Numbered from the stretch's first letter, positions 45,301 to 55,647 are shown. The stretch is DNA of 64,000 nt from Candidatus Bathyarchaeota archaeon (GCA_020346605.1 CP070784.1:1440702-1504701), one strand, 5' to 3'. Notes: generated by a model from the letters alone, not told the origin. Numbers and translations are program-made.

Positions 45301-46202
45301 CACGTGGACCCCCTGGCCTGCTCCACGGCCCTGCTGATTGCGTCCATTGCGAGGGCCTGGGAGGACCTTCTCCTGTACTCTGGTGGGGCCCTCCTCCACC
45401 GCTCCCTGGGCTCGACGCATGCCGCGATGAACTCCACGGCCTCCTCCAGCACCTCGGCCGTCGGCTCCTTTCCCTTCAGGACGTCCTCCGCAAGCACCAC
45501 CTTGACGGGCGCAGGGGAACAGGCCCCTAGGGCGATGCTGCAGTGGTCAATCTTCCCTCCCTTCAGGGTCACCACCGCTGCAACGTTGACCGTGGCGATG
45601 TCGAAGGTTGTCCAGCCAACCTTCTCAAAGGCCGAGCCGGCGCCTTCGGGAGGAAACGGCACGGTGAACCCTGTTAGTAGCTCGTCTCTCTGCAGGTCGA
45701 TTTCGCTGGCGCCCTGGAAGAACTCGGCGACGGTGCATGTTCTAGCTCCATCCCTCCTGTAAACGTGAACCATGGCGTCCAGGGCCATGAGGGCTGTTGC
45801 CATGTCGGCGCTGGGGCTGGCGTTGCAGATGTTCCCACCGATGGTCCCCAGGTTCCTTATCTGGACGGAACCGATCCTGCCGGCCGCCTCGCTCAGCACA
45901 GGAGACCTCTCCCTTATCAAGGATGAGAGCTCGACAGCCCTCAGCTTCGTCAGGGCGCCGATCTTGATGCCCTCCCGTGTCTCCTTGATGCAGGAGAGCT
46001 CCGGTATCTTCTTGATGTTGACGATGTTCCTCGGCTCGGTCTTCCTTTGCTTCATCTGGGGGATGAGATCCGTGCCGCCGGCTAGGATCTTTGTCTCTTC
46101 GCTTAGCTTATGGAGCAGCTCGACAGCCTTGTCCAGGCTCTCGGGGGCGTGGTACTCGAAGCCTATCGGAATGATGTGCGTGTTCTCTCTGTTGATGTTC
46201 AA
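45300..46202 (-). CDS. molybdenum hydroxylase medium subunit, FAD-binding (CoxM type)
   Basis: ILAGGTDLIPQMK FAD-binding signature and GTIGGNICNASP. The start is placed at TTG 46202, preceded by GGAGGAGGG and overlapping the large-subunit stop (TTGA). Its stop overlaps the small-subunit ATG (TGATG). Confidence 0.8.
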   Translation of the reverse strand: MNINRENTHIIPIGFEYHAPESLDKAVELLHKLSEETKILAGGTDLIPQMKQRKTEPRNIVNIKKIPELSCIKETREGIKIGALTKLRAVELSSLIRERSPVLSEAAGRIGSVQIRNLGTIGGNICNASPSADMATALMALDAMVHVYRRDGARTCTVAEFFQGASEIDLQRDELLTGFTVPFPPEGAGSAFEKVGWTTFDIATVNVAAVVTLKGGKIDHCSIALGACSPAPVKVVLAEDVLKGKEPTAEVLEEAVEFIAACVEPRERWRRAPPEYRRRSSQALAMDAISRAVEQARGST

Positions 46203-48547
46203 CTCCGTCCCTCCTCCCTCAGCGCCTCGAGTATCTTGATGGGCGTGATGGGCAGCTCGAAGAACCGGATCCCCAGTGCGTTCTGTATGGCGTTGGCCAC
46301 GGTCCCGGCGACCGGGTTGAGGGCGCCCTCGCCGATGCCTTTGGCCCCGAAGGGGCCGGTGGGCTCGTAGGTGTCCGCGAAGAAGACGGTGAAGTCGTCG
46401 AGGTCCAGCGCGTCCCGTGTCGTGGGGACCTTGTAGTTGGCGATGGAGCCGCCGTTCATCAGGTCGCCGCTCTCGGGATCGTAGGCTGTGTTCTCCAGCG
46501 TCACCATGCTCCAACCCATCGCAAATCCGCCGTGGATCTGCCCCGCCGCGAGCATGGGGTTGATCACGGTGCCGATGTCGGCGCCAGCCACCACCCGAAG
46601 GGGTCTAACCTTCCCAGTCCAGGTGTCCACCTCCACCTCGATGAAGTACCCGGTGAAGTGGGGCGGGCAGCTGGGCTGCCTGTAGCTCTCGACGGAGGCG
46701 ATCATCCCCCAGTTCTTGTGCCGGGCCGTCGTCGCGATCTCCTCGTAGGTGACGGACCTGTCCTCGATCCCCTCCGCAGTGACTACGCCCTGCCTCCTCT
46801 CCTCGTCGCAGTAGATCCCGAGGGCGTGGGGGTAGGCGTCCAGTATCCTGGCGGCGTACTCCCTGATCTGCTGCTTCACCTTCCCCGCCACCTTGAGCGC
46901 CGCCCCTCCGCCGCTGTAGACTCCCCTGGAGGCGTGGGTGCAGACGTCGTAGACCGTTGTGCCTGTGTCGGCGCTGATGATGTTGACGTTCTCCAGCGGG
47001 ACGCAGAGCTCCTCGGCGATGATCTTGGCGTGGGCCTCCTGGGTGCCGCAGCCGTGGTCCATCAGCGCAGAGACGTAGTCTAAGGTGCCGTCCTCGTTCA
47101 TCTTGAGGAAGGCCCCCCCGAAATCGACGATGCTGCTGGGCACCGGGGCTCCGGCGCTGCTGGTGTGGTAACCCCTTCCCATTCCCAGTCCTCTCCTGTA
47201 ACGCCCCTTCTGCTCCCCGGGTTTGGGGCGGTTGTACCAGTCGACCATCCCGGCGCCCTTCGTTAGGATCTCCTCGACGCCGCAGCTCCTGATGATGGAC
47301 TTTACGGTGGGGCCCTGCCCCCAGAACAGGTCTCCCTCGCCGATGTAGTTCTTGAGCCTGAAGTCTAGGGGGTCGATGCCGATCTTCTCGGCGAGTTCGT
47401 CCATCAGCGTCTCCACGGCCCATGTGATCTGGGGGTTCCCGTAGCCCCTGAAAGCGCAGATGGGCACCTTGTTGGTGTACACGGCCCTCCCCACGTAGCT
47501 CTTCGCGGGGAGCTTGTAGAGGCTCACCCACCAGCCGACGACGCACCCCAGCAGTGGGTAGGCTTGGATCTGGTGGGCGCCGATGTCTAGGATGGCGTCC
47601 AGGTGGCCAGCGGTGAGTTTGCCGTCCTTAGTGGCTCCCAGCTTGAGCTTGAAGATCATCTGGTAGGAGCAGTGGTCGTGGTGGTCCTCTTCTCTGGTGT
47701 AAGCGAGCCGGACCGGTCTACCGCTCTTCAGCGCCAGGGCCACGGCGATCGGGATAGGCGGGTTGACGTGGATGCTGGAGCCGAAGCTTCCGCCAAGAGC
47801 TACCTTGACCACTCGTATCTTGCCTACGGGGATGTCGAAGATGTCGTGGATCAGTAGTCTGGAGTTGTGGATGGTCTGGGTGGTGCTCCAGATGGTAACG
47901 CCCCCGTCGGGCTCGGGCCTCACCACGCCCCCTTTGGTCTCCAGCTGGTTGTGGTACCTCCTGTTTGTCCTGTAGGTGCGCTCCACGACGAAGTCGGCCT
48001 CCCGGAAGCCCTGCTCCACGTCGCCCTCCGTTATGTCAAGGGTGCAGCCGACGTTGTTCTCGACCTTAAGGACCTCGTCCTCCAGCTCCAGATCGTCGTG
48101 TATGGGCTCCTGACCGGGCCTCAGCGAGTCCAGGGCGTCGAGGGCGTGGTCCAAGACCTCGTACTCGACCTCGATCGCTTCCAGGGCCCTCTGAGCCTCC
48201 TCCTCGGTCTCGGCGGCGACAGCCGCTACGGGCTCCCCCACGTACTTCGGCTTCCCGGTGAGGACGAGCCAGTCCTTGTAAGTGGCCTCAGGTAGGCTCA
48301 CCAGCCTGGGGCAGTACCTAACCTTCGGCGTCTCCTCGAAGGTGACGACGGTGGCCCCCATCGCCTCGGCCGCGGAGACGTCTATGGATTTGACCCTGGC
48401 GTGGGCGTGTGGGCTCTTCAGTATCCGGGCGTGGAGCATCGTCGGCAGGGAGACGTCCTGCGCGAAGACCTCTCTGCCAGTGGCCTTGGCGACGCCGTCC
48501 TTCCTGTTGGTGTCCCTCCCGATGATCCGGTAGGCTCCCTGAGTCAT
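46199..48547 (-). CDS. molybdopterin-binding large subunit of a xanthine dehydrogenase / aldehyde oxidoreductase family enzyme
   Basis: N-terminal RKDGVAKATGREVFAQD, AFRGYGNPQ motif, C-terminal GAKGIGEGALNP. It lacks the CODH VAYRCSFR signature. Confidence 0.9.
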   Translation of the reverse strand: MTQGAYRIIGRDTNRKDGVAKATGREVFAQDVSLPTMLHARILKSPHAHARVKSIDVSAAEAMGATVVTFEETPKVRYCPRLVSLPEATYKDWLVLTGKPKYVGEPVAAVAAETEEEAQRALEAIEVEYEVLDHALDALDSLRPGQEPIHDDLELEDEVLKVENNVGCTLDITEGDVEQGFREADFVVERTYRTNRRYHNQLETKGGVVRPEPDGGVTIWSTTQTIHNSRLLIHDIFDIPVGKIRVVKVALGGSFGSSIHVNPPIPIAVALALKSGRPVRLAYTREEDHHDHCSYQMIFKLKLGATKDGKLTAGHLDAILDIGAHQIQAYPLLGCVVGWWVSLYKLPAKSYVGRAVYTNKVPICAFRGYGNPQITWAVETLMDELAEKIGIDPLDFRLKNYIGEGDLFWGQGPTVKSIIRSCGVEEILTKGAGMVDWYNRPKPGEQKGRYRRGLGMGRGYHTSSAGAPVPSSIVDFGGAFLKMNEDGTLDYVSALMDHGCGTQEAHAKIIAEELCVPLENVNIISADTGTTVYDVCTHASRGVYSGGGAALKVAGKVKQQIREYAARILDAYPHALGIYCDEERRQGVVTAEGIEDRSVTYEEIATTARHKNWGMIASVESYRQPSCPPHFTGYFIEVEVDTWTGKVRPLRVVAGADIGTVINPMLAAGQIHGGFAMGWSMVTLENTAYDPESGDLMNGGSIANYKVPTTRDALDLDDFTVFFADTYEPTGPFGAKGIGEGALNPVAGTVANAIQNALGIRFFELPITPIKILEALREEGRS

Positions 48548-48660
48548 CGCGAATCAGTGTATGATGCGCTCTTGGATTAATTAAGTTTCATTGAGTCAAG
48601 GACGCCCTGAGCCTCACGTCCTCTACGGGCGCTTTCAATCTCTCAGAGCAGCTACGCCCA

Positions 48661-50061
48661 TCAAACCTGAAGGGCGCCTCTCGGTTTGGAGTGCCTCATG
48701 TTCTCGTCCAGCACCGATGGTACGTCTGAGTACGCCGTCCGTGTAGTTCGTTCCTTTAGCCTCCTGAGCGCCGAGGATATGTGCATCGCCAGGGTCTCAA
48801 GGAGCTTCACATCCTGCTCTGTGAAGGCGTTGAGCTTCTTGCTCTCGACGTTGATCATCGCCCGGACCTCGCCGTCGACCTTTACGGGGACATCGAGTTC
48901 CGACAACGATCTCTCGGCGTTCGCAGCTACGGAGGAGATGAACTCCTCTTCCTCCCTGGTGTCAGGTATGAGCTGGACCTCCCCTGTTCTATAGGCTTTC
49001 ACAGTTATGCCATGACCGTCCAGGGGGATGTGGTTGATCTCGGCGAGGTCGCCTATGTTGTTGAAGCGTATAAACCCCTTCCTCACGAAGCCGAGGCCTC
49101 CCCTGTCGAACCCGAGGGCGCTCTCGATGGCCCGGAGGGTCGTCCAGGTGACGTCCTCTATGGTCCTGGCCTGGGACATCTGCGAGGCATGTCTGTGTAG
49201 CGCCTCCAGCCTCTTCTCGTAGCTGACCCTCTCGGTGATGTTTTCGAAGGCGACCGCGATCCTGTCGCCGGGGATTGGGAACGCGTGGATCCTGAAGTAC
49301 CCCGTCACCCTCTCGTCGTCCCAGAAGACGTTTTCTAGCCTCAGGGCCCTCCCGGACGTGATCAGCTCCAGGTACCTGTCCTTGAGCCCCACCTCGCTGT
49401 CATATTGCCAGATCTCGCTGAACTCCCTGCCCCCCCAATCCTCCATCCTCAGCCCCGTGAGCCTGTGGGACTCCGGGTTGGCGTCGACGAGGACAAGTCT
49501 GTCAGGGGGCTCGTACTGGTAAATGAACAGCCCGGAAGGTATCTTGTCGAAGATGCTGGCGGTGGTGAGCAGCGACTCCCTGAGCTGAACCTCTGTCCGG
49601 TGCTTCTCGACCGCAGATCTGATGCGTTTGACCAGCACCTGGTAGTGGCTGGGATCCAGCTCCTTCCTCAGGTAGTCGTCGATTCCCACCGAGAAGGCTC
49701 TCTCCGCCACCTCCTCGCTCCCGTGGCCCGTGTAGAGTATGTACGGGACGTCAGAGCTTTCCCTGATCCTTCGTGCAAACTCGATGCCATCTATCCCCGG
49801 CATCTTGTAGTCCGAGACTACGCACTCGAAGCCCCCGTCTCCGAGGAGGGTCAGCGCCTCGTCTGCTGTGCCCACCGAAACAACAGTCAAGTTCGGATCG
49901 GCTCTCTCGATGAAGGATTTGGTCAAGTTTCTCTGGGCGTGCTTGTCGTCGACATGGAGCACAGTGATTCTAGCCTCTGGATCCTCGATGTGGGGGCTAG
50001 CCATTCTCTCCCGTAGCACAGCCACGGTTCTTTTTATAGGGTTTACAGATTCTAAATCCAA
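48661..50061 (-). CDS. response-regulator receiver fused to PAS and GAF-like sensor domains
   Basis: VLHVDDK...VVSDYKMPGIDG...ILYTGHG receiver. A central PAS-like segment, then a C-terminal GAF-like segment (GFDRGGLGFV...VPVKVDGEVRAMINVES). No kinase or DNA-binding domain seen. The start may be the internal ATG at 50004. Confidence 0.7.
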   Translation of the reverse strand: MDLESVNPIKRTVAVLRERMASPHIEDPEARITVLHVDDKHAQRNLTKSFIERADPNLTVVSVGTADEALTLLGDGGFECVVSDYKMPGIDGIEFARRIRESSDVPYILYTGHGSEEVAERAFSVGIDDYLRKELDPSHYQVLVKRIRSAVEKHRTEVQLRESLLTTASIFDKIPSGLFIYQYEPPDRLVLVDANPESHRLTGLRMEDWGGREFSEIWQYDSEVGLKDRYLELITSGRALRLENVFWDDERVTGYFRIHAFPIPGDRIAVAFENITERVSYEKRLEALHRHASQMSQARTIEDVTWTTLRAIESALGFDRGGLGFVRKGFIRFNNIGDLAEINHIPLDGHGITVKAYRTGEVQLIPDTREEEEFISSVAANAERSLSELDVPVKVDGEVRAMINVESKKLNAFTEQDVKLLETLAMHISSALRRLKERTTRTAYSDVPSVLDENMRHSKPRGALQV

Positions 50062-50149
50062 CTTCTACGCCGATTCTGTGGGAGTCTTGTCGTTTCCGTG
50101 TTTTAGAAAGGTTTTAAGGGGTCACGGCGGAGTATTCAGGGACCTGTGG

Positions 50150-50539
50150 ATGGCTTCTAGGGACGACGAGCTGGAGCGGCTCAAGCGGCGGAGGATGCTT
50201 GAGCTCCAGAAGAGGATGCTCAGGGAGAGCCAGAAGCCTGAGGAGCCACCAGAGCCAGAGGGGCCGACGCCCGACACAGTCTTCAACGCTTGGTTCGAGG
50301 GGAGGGCGTGGGAGGTACTCAGGGCGGCCCGCACCCAGTTCCCCAAGGTGATGCCCCAGGTCGAGGGCGCCCTCCTCGAGGCTCTGAAGGCCGGGAGGGT
50401 CAAGCAGAAGATAGACGGGGAGAGCCTCTTCCAGTTCCTGAGGCAGATCGGCGTCCCCGTGAGGCTGCAGACCTCCATCAGGTACAAGGACCACGGTGAG
50501 CTCAAGACCATCGGGCAGCTGATGAAGGAGCGAGAGTAG
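50150..50539 (+). CDS. PDCD5/TFAR19-like double-stranded-DNA-binding protein
   Basis: Start re-picked at MASRDDELERLKRRRMLELQKRM (ATG at 50150). Small basic helical protein of 129 aa, typical of the archaeal PDCD5 homolog. Confidence 0.7.
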   Translation: MASRDDELERLKRRRMLELQKRMLRESQKPEEPPEPEGPTPDTVFNAWFEGRAWEVLRAARTQFPKVMPQVEGALLEALKAGRVKQKIDGESLFQFLRQIGVPVRLQTSIRYKDHGELKTIGQLMKERE

Positions 50540-50639
50540 TTACTCTCACCCCATGAGAGAGACGTTTCCAACCGTAAAAATCCTTTAAATCCTACGATGA
50601 GAATGATTTACATGAATTTTTCAGTTAAGAAAATGGAGT

Positions 50640-52487
50640 TTAGGACCTCAGCGCCTCAAGGTCCACGTTCACATAGCCGATCTTCAGATCGTCAAGGGTC
50701 TCAGGGAGCGGTATCCCTGTCTCAGGATCCCATCCCAGCAATGTGTAGTAGTTCCTCAGCATCTCCTCCCAATGGGGTAGGATGCTGATCCCCGCGTTGG
50801 GTCCGTCCACCGGTATCGAGCCGTACCTGGCCGAAGGCCTGTCATGTTCCTTCCCCATGCCGACTCTAAGGTTGTAGGCCCTCATCAGGTTGACAGCCCT
50901 GAGGCCGACCCGTTTCCCCTCCTCGGAGGTGAAGTCCCAGCCGGTGGCTGCGGCGACGGCCTCGGAGATGAGGGTGTGGTTCATCCTGGTGTTGAACCTG
51001 CAGGTGCCGACGGAGTCCTCCAGCTGCATCAATCCTTTGGAGTTGGCGACCTCTGTGGAGACCTGGATGGGATTGGCGGGGCCCTGGGCGTCGGGGCCCA
51101 TGACGCTCATGTGGGTCTCTATGGTGCTGGTGTTGCTGACGCAGGTGTCGAACATCTCTGCCCAGCGGGTCCTGTGGTCGTGGCCCCTGGGCGTGTTCCC
51201 CTTCATCGTGTAGATCGCCGCCTTGGCGGCGTCTCCCCCGATCTTCTCTGAGGCCCTCTTCACCCCCTCGGCGAGGATGTCGCCGAATCCCTTGCGCTCG
51301 GCGATCATGCGGAGGAGCTCGATGACGCCGCCGACCTCACCCCACTTGATCTCGAAGCCCCCAGACTGCTCCTTGGTGATCCAGCCTTTCTCGAAGCACT
51401 CCATCACCCAGGCGGTGAGCCAGCCGGCCTCGTTGTTCTCCAAGCCCAGCCTGTCGGTGAGGCCCGAGAGCATCATGGTGGCCTCGACGTCATCGACGTC
51501 GACGACGGGGCCCCAGGCAGCCATCTGCTCGTACTCTGGCTCCTCTACCAGCCCGGCGTAGGGGCCGTCCTCGATTTTGAACATGGCGCAGTGGAGCAGC
51601 CGGCAGCCCCAGCAGGGCTCCCTCTCTACCTGGTATGTGTCTCGGAGGTACTTCTCGGAGAACTTGTCCAGATCATCGTCCGATATCTCCCAGAGGTTCG
51701 TCGAGTAGTTCCTGATGGGGAGCGCGGGGTTCCCCGCCTTCTGCATGCTCTCCACCATTCCGACGGTGCCCCTGAAGTACTCCACGTCCTCGTGCATCCT
51801 CTGGGCCACCTCCTTCAGCCTCTCCGGGTCCGCCACCTCGACGCCGCCCCTGCTCCTAAAGGTCATGATGGCCTTGAGCCTCTTCGATCCCAGGACGGCG
51901 CCGACGCCGTTGTGGGACGCCGAGTGCCCGTGGTCGACGAAGATGCCCGACCAGCGCACCAACTTCTCCCCTGCGGGGCCTATTGAGAGGACGCTGGCGC
52001 CCCTTCCCTGGACTCCGTGGGCCTCCCTCAGGATGTCCCCCGTCTCGTAGGTGTCCAGACCCAGGAGCTTCTCCGCGTCGACGAGCTCAGCTGATCCGTC
52101 CCTGATAACGAGGTATTTCCAGCCCTCGGACGCTCCCTGGAGGACGATGCCATCGTACCCGGAGAACCTCATGTAGGCCCCGAAGAGGCCGTTCGCCTGG
52201 ACTGACGTGGAGCCCTCCGTGAGGGCGCCCTTCGTGACGATGGAGATCGTGCCGGAGCCCCCCACGATGGTCCCGCCGAGGGGGCCGCTCGCTATGGTCA
52301 TCCTGTTCACCGGGTCCGACCACTCGGCGTCGGGGGGGACCTCGTCGTACAGGATCTTGGCCCCTGCGCCTGTGCCACCGAGGTAGGCCCTGTAGCACTG
52401 ATCGTCGATGTCCCAGTCCCAAGTCTTTCCCTCTGTCAGGTCGACCCGCAGGAACTTGCCGTTGAACGCTTTGAACTTCTGAGACAT
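50640..52487 (-). CDS. aor: aldehyde:ferredoxin oxidoreductase family (tungstopterin) enzyme
   Basis: Start re-picked at MSQKFKAFNGKFLRVDLTEG (ATG at 52487). AOR N-domain YLGGTGAGAKILY. Length 615 aa. Confidence 0.85.
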   Translation of the reverse strand: MSQKFKAFNGKFLRVDLTEGKTWDWDIDDQCYRAYLGGTGAGAKILYDEVPPDAEWSDPVNRMTIASGPLGGTIVGGSGTISIVTKGALTEGSTSVQANGLFGAYMRFSGYDGIVLQGASEGWKYLVIRDGSAELVDAEKLLGLDTYETGDILREAHGVQGRGASVLSIGPAGEKLVRWSGIFVDHGHSASHNGVGAVLGSKRLKAIMTFRSRGGVEVADPERLKEVAQRMHEDVEYFRGTVGMVESMQKAGNPALPIRNYSTNLWEISDDDLDKFSEKYLRDTYQVEREPCWGCRLLHCAMFKIEDGPYAGLVEEPEYEQMAAWGPVVDVDDVEATMMLSGLTDRLGLENNEAGWLTAWVMECFEKGWITKEQSGGFEIKWGEVGGVIELLRMIAERKGFGDILAEGVKRASEKIGGDAAKAAIYTMKGNTPRGHDHRTRWAEMFDTCVSNTSTIETHMSVMGPDAQGPANPIQVSTEVANSKGLMQLEDSVGTCRFNTRMNHTLISEAVAAATGWDFTSEEGKRVGLRAVNLMRAYNLRVGMGKEHDRPSARYGSIPVDGPNAGISILPHWEEMLRNYYTLLGWDPETGIPLPETLDDLKIGYVNVDLEALRS

Positions 52488-52613
52488 TAAACCAACAGGA
52501 AGATGGTGACGCACACCCGTAATATATTTTTACAGTCCCAGACCCCTGGAAAGACCCTGCACAGGCTCCGCGCCCTCGAAAGCTAGATATTGTCTACGCG
52601 GGGATATCCCACC

Positions 52614-53432
52614 ATGAGCTTCGAATTATCAAACATGACGTGGATCGAGGCCAGGGAGAGGTTCGGCGCCTCGAAACTGGCTATCGTCCCCATAGGCTCC
52701 ACGGAGCAGCATGGACACCACTTGGGGGTGGGGGCGGACTGGATACAGGCTTGGGAGATCGCCCGGAGGGTGGGGGAGAGGACCGGTGTCACGGTGCTGC
52801 CTGTGATGCCCTACGGAGTCTCGGGTCACCACAAGGAGTTCCCCGGGACGATCACCCTCACCCCGGAGACCCTCCAGGAGGTGATCTTCGAGATACTGGA
52901 GAGCTTGGACAGGTACGGCGTCGAACGGGTGGTCTTCATGAACGGCCACGGCGGGAACACGGGGGCGCTCACGGGTGCCATCAAGGAGGCGAGGGAGGAC
53001 TTCGGGATGCTCTGTGCCATCTGCCACTGGTGGGATATACTATTGAAGAAGGACCTGTGGGGGCACCCCGCCGAGGAGCACGCCGGCTACGCCGAGACCT
53101 CCTTCATGCTCGCGTCGAGACCGGAGGCGGTGAGGATGGAGCGCGCGGTTCTCAGCCCCACCAAGCAGGTGGATCCGGAGATCCAGCTCGTCAGGGCGGG
53201 GCTCGCACGGTTCAGGGACGGCGTCGTGAGGATCCCCCTGAGCACGGCCGACGTCTCCGAAACGGGCTCCATGACCGAGGCCCATCCGGACGACGTGCCC
53301 GGGACCAGCGACTACTCGATGATAACCCTCGAGTTCTCCGAGGCGCTCATGGAGGAGGTGGTCGAATGGATGTGCGCCTTTGTCGCGGAGTTCGAAGGCT
53401 TCGAGGTTACGCCTCTGATGAGCAAGGGGTAG
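52614..53432 (+). CDS. creatininase-family amidohydrolase (paralog 2 of 3)
   Basis: LAIVPIGSTEQHGHHLGVGADWIQA. ATG at 52614. Confidence 0.85.
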   Translation: MSFELSNMTWIEARERFGASKLAIVPIGSTEQHGHHLGVGADWIQAWEIARRVGERTGVTVLPVMPYGVSGHHKEFPGTITLTPETLQEVIFEILESLDRYGVERVVFMNGHGGNTGALTGAIKEAREDFGMLCAICHWWDILLKKDLWGHPAEEHAGYAETSFMLASRPEAVRMERAVLSPTKQVDPEIQLVRAGLARFRDGVVRIPLSTADVSETGSMTEAHPDDVPGTSDYSMITLEFSEALMEEVVEWMCAFVAEFEGFEVTPLMSKG

Positions 53433-53529
53433 CCTGAGCTTCCCGGCAGGAAAACGGTCAGCCCCTCTTCTGTTTTCAGTAGTCAAGAATCCGATCACGT
53501 GGTTAACTGAGGAAAAAGGGTGGGATGGG

Positions 53530-54786
53530 CTAGACGGTGCCCTCCTTCCAGGACTTCATGTACTTCTCCTGTCTGTCGGTGAGGGTGTCGATCTCGATGC
53601 CCATTCCGTCCAGCTTCAACTTTGCGACGGTCTCGTCGATGTTCCTGGGGACGTCGTAGACCTTGGGCTCCATCTTCTCGCCCTTCCAGACCCACTCGGC
53701 GACGAGGCTCTGGTCGGCGAAGCTGAGGTCCATCACCTCGCTGGGGTGGCCCTCCGCCGCCGCAAGGTTGACGAGCCTCCCCTCCGCCAGCAGGTAGAGC
53801 CTCCTGCCGTCCTTGGTCGTGTACTCGTCGAGGCTGTTCCTGAGCCTGCGCTTGCCTGTTGACATCTCCTCCAGGGCGGGGATGTTGATCTCCACGTTGA
53901 AGTGGCCCGAGTTCGCCATGATGGCGCCGTCCTTCATCAGCTTCATGTGCTTACCGTCGACGACGTTGATGTCCCCTGTGCTGGTGACGAAGATGTCGCC
54001 GACCTTCGCGGCCTTGGCCATGGGCATCACCCTGAAGCCGTCCATCACTGCCTCCAGAGCCCTAAGAGGGTTTACCTCCGTGACGACCACGTTGGCCCCC
54101 ATGCCCCTGGCACGGGTCGCGATGCCCCTGGCACACCATCCGTAGCCGCCGACGACAAAGGTCTTGCCGGCGAGCAGCACCGCGGTGGAGCGGAGTATGC
54201 CATCGATGGTGCTCTGGCCAGTGCCGTACCTGTTGTCGAACATGTGCTTGGTGTCCGTGTCGTTCACCGCTATGATGGGGTACTTGAGCGCGCCGTCTGC
54301 CTCCATCGCCCTGAGCCTGATGACGCCTGTGGTGGTCTCCTCCGAGCCCCCTTTCACGTCCGCAAGCTTCTCCGTCCTGCTGCTGTGTATGGTGTTCACC
54401 AGGTCCGCTCCGTCGTCCATGGTGATCTGGGGCCCGTAGTCCAGGACCCTGTTGACGCACCAGTAGTACTCGTCCGTTGTCTGCCCCCTCCATGCGAAGA
54501 CCTTGGTCCCCGTCGTGGCCAGGGCGGCGACCACCTCGTCCTGCGTGGAGAGGGGGTTGGAGCCGCAGAGGAGCACCTCACCCCCACCGGCCTCCAGGGT
54601 CCGTACTAGGACGGCGGTCTCCTTGGTGGCGTGTAGGCAGGCGCCGAGCTTGACGCCTTCCAGAGGCCTCTCCTTCTGGAACCTCTCCTTGATCAGGGCG
54701 AGGACGGGCATGTGGGCGCGCGCCCAATCGATGAGCAGCTCGCCCTTCTCAGCCAGCCCTGTGTCCTTCACCTTGTAATCTGCCAA
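53530..54786 (-). CDS. ahcY: adenosylhomocysteinase
   Basis: [32 protein letters not shown]-binding [16 protein letters not shown] start at 54786, 4 nt downstream of GGTGA. Confidence 0.95.
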   Translation of the reverse strand: MADYKVKDTGLAEKGELLIDWARAHMPVLALIKERFQKERPLEGVKLGACLHATKETAVLVRTLEAGGGEVLLCGSNPLSTQDEVVAALATTGTKVFAWRGQTTDEYYWCVNRVLDYGPQITMDDGADLVNTIHSSRTEKLADVKGGSEETTTGVIRLRAMEADGALKYPIIAVNDTDTKHMFDNRYGTGQSTIDGILRSTAVLLAGKTFVVGGYGWCARGIATRARGMGANVVVTEVNPLRALEAVMDGFRVMPMAKAAKVGDIFVTSTGDINVVDGKHMKLMKDGAIMANSGHFNVEINIPALEEMSTGKRRLRNSLDEYTTKDGRRLYLLAEGRLVNLAAAEGHPSEVMDLSFADQSLVAEWVWKGEKMEPKVYDVPRNIDETVAKLKLDGMGIEIDTLTDRQEKYMKSWKEGTV

Positions 54787-54835
54787 AATTTCACCGTAAC
54801 GAATATGAGCAGAGGGTATAAGGAAGTTGTCCTGG

Positions 54836-55135
54836 CTAAAGTATTACGATCTGGGCGTGCGGGACGTCACCCAGGTAGATGACCGCGGACTCCTGCACCA
54901 TGCCGTTCTTGATGGCGGCCTCGACGATGCGCTTGCCCACGATGTTGCAGATGGTGGCCTTGCTCATCGCCTCTAGGGCCTCCTCGACGCCGGCGGGAGT
55001 GCCCTTGTAGAAGCGCTCGCTGACGCAGAATGGGGCGCGTCCTCCCTCCAGGGTCTTTCCAAGTAGCTCCGCGTCGCAGACGGCGACGACCGTATCCCTG
55101 CCGTGGCGGGTGCTCCTGAGGTAGACCTCTACCAT
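54836..55135 (-). CDS. DUF424-family protein
   Basis: [16 protein letters not shown]...FYKG...[15 protein letters not shown]...VPHAQI matches the archaeal DUF424 pattern. Confidence 0.75.
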   Translation of the reverse strand: MVEVYLRSTRHGRDTVVAVCDAELLGKTLEGGRAPFCVSERFYKGTPAGVEEALEAMSKATICNIVGKRIVEAAIKNGMVQESAVIYLGDVPHAQIVIL

Positions 55136-55142
55136 CACGGTC

Positions 55143-55553
55143 TCACTTGGATCCTATCGAGGACCTGGCGCCGCAGGCCTCGCACTGTAGGAACCAGAGC
55201 CTCCGCTCCCTGACGATCTTGGTGTCGGGGCGCTTGCAGACGGGGCAGATGACGTACTTGTTGGTGTAGATCTCCAGGAGGTTGCGCACCGTGTCGACTG
55301 TGAACCTTCCCTGGAACACCGCCCTGGTGCCGTCGAAGTTCGCGAGTGTAGCCATCTCCCCCGAGAGGAACTTGAGCAGGTGTTCCGGGTCCCTCATCAG
55401 CTCGTCGGAGATCTCCTTGAAGTTCATGATGACGCTGCGCCTGCCGACCTGCCTCACGTCGGGCCTGGGCACAGTCCACCGCTCGTAGGACTCCACCTGG
55501 TCCGGCAGCTCGGCGTAGGCCCTGTCCAGCAGGCTCTTGTAGTCCTTCTCCAT
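55143..55553 (-). CDS. eif2b: translation initiation factor aIF2 subunit beta
   Basis: YKSLLDRAY, NFKEISDELMRDPEHLLKFL, and the C-terminal zinc ribbon CPVCKRPDT...CEACG. Confidence 0.9.
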   Translation of the reverse strand: MEKDYKSLLDRAYAELPDQVESYERWTVPRPDVRQVGRRSVIMNFKEISDELMRDPEHLLKFLSGEMATLANFDGTRAVFQGRFTVDTVRNLLEIYTNKYVICPVCKRPDTKIVRERRLWFLQCEACGARSSIGSK

Positions 55554-55647
55554 CACTGAATCCTCCTTGTTACACCAATATAGCCCCTCCGCAAGGGGGG
55601 CACCTCCACCTACGGATCACGCCACTGAAAAAGGTTTCCCAGCGCCC

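Noticed and set aside
46203-46514. The N-terminal 104-codon extension of the listed ORF 45300..46514.
   Set aside because: The extension is Arg/His/Gly-rich nonsense lying entirely inside the large-subunit gene. The FAD-subunit homology begins right after the TTG at 46202, which has a GGAGGAGGG Shine-Dalgarno.
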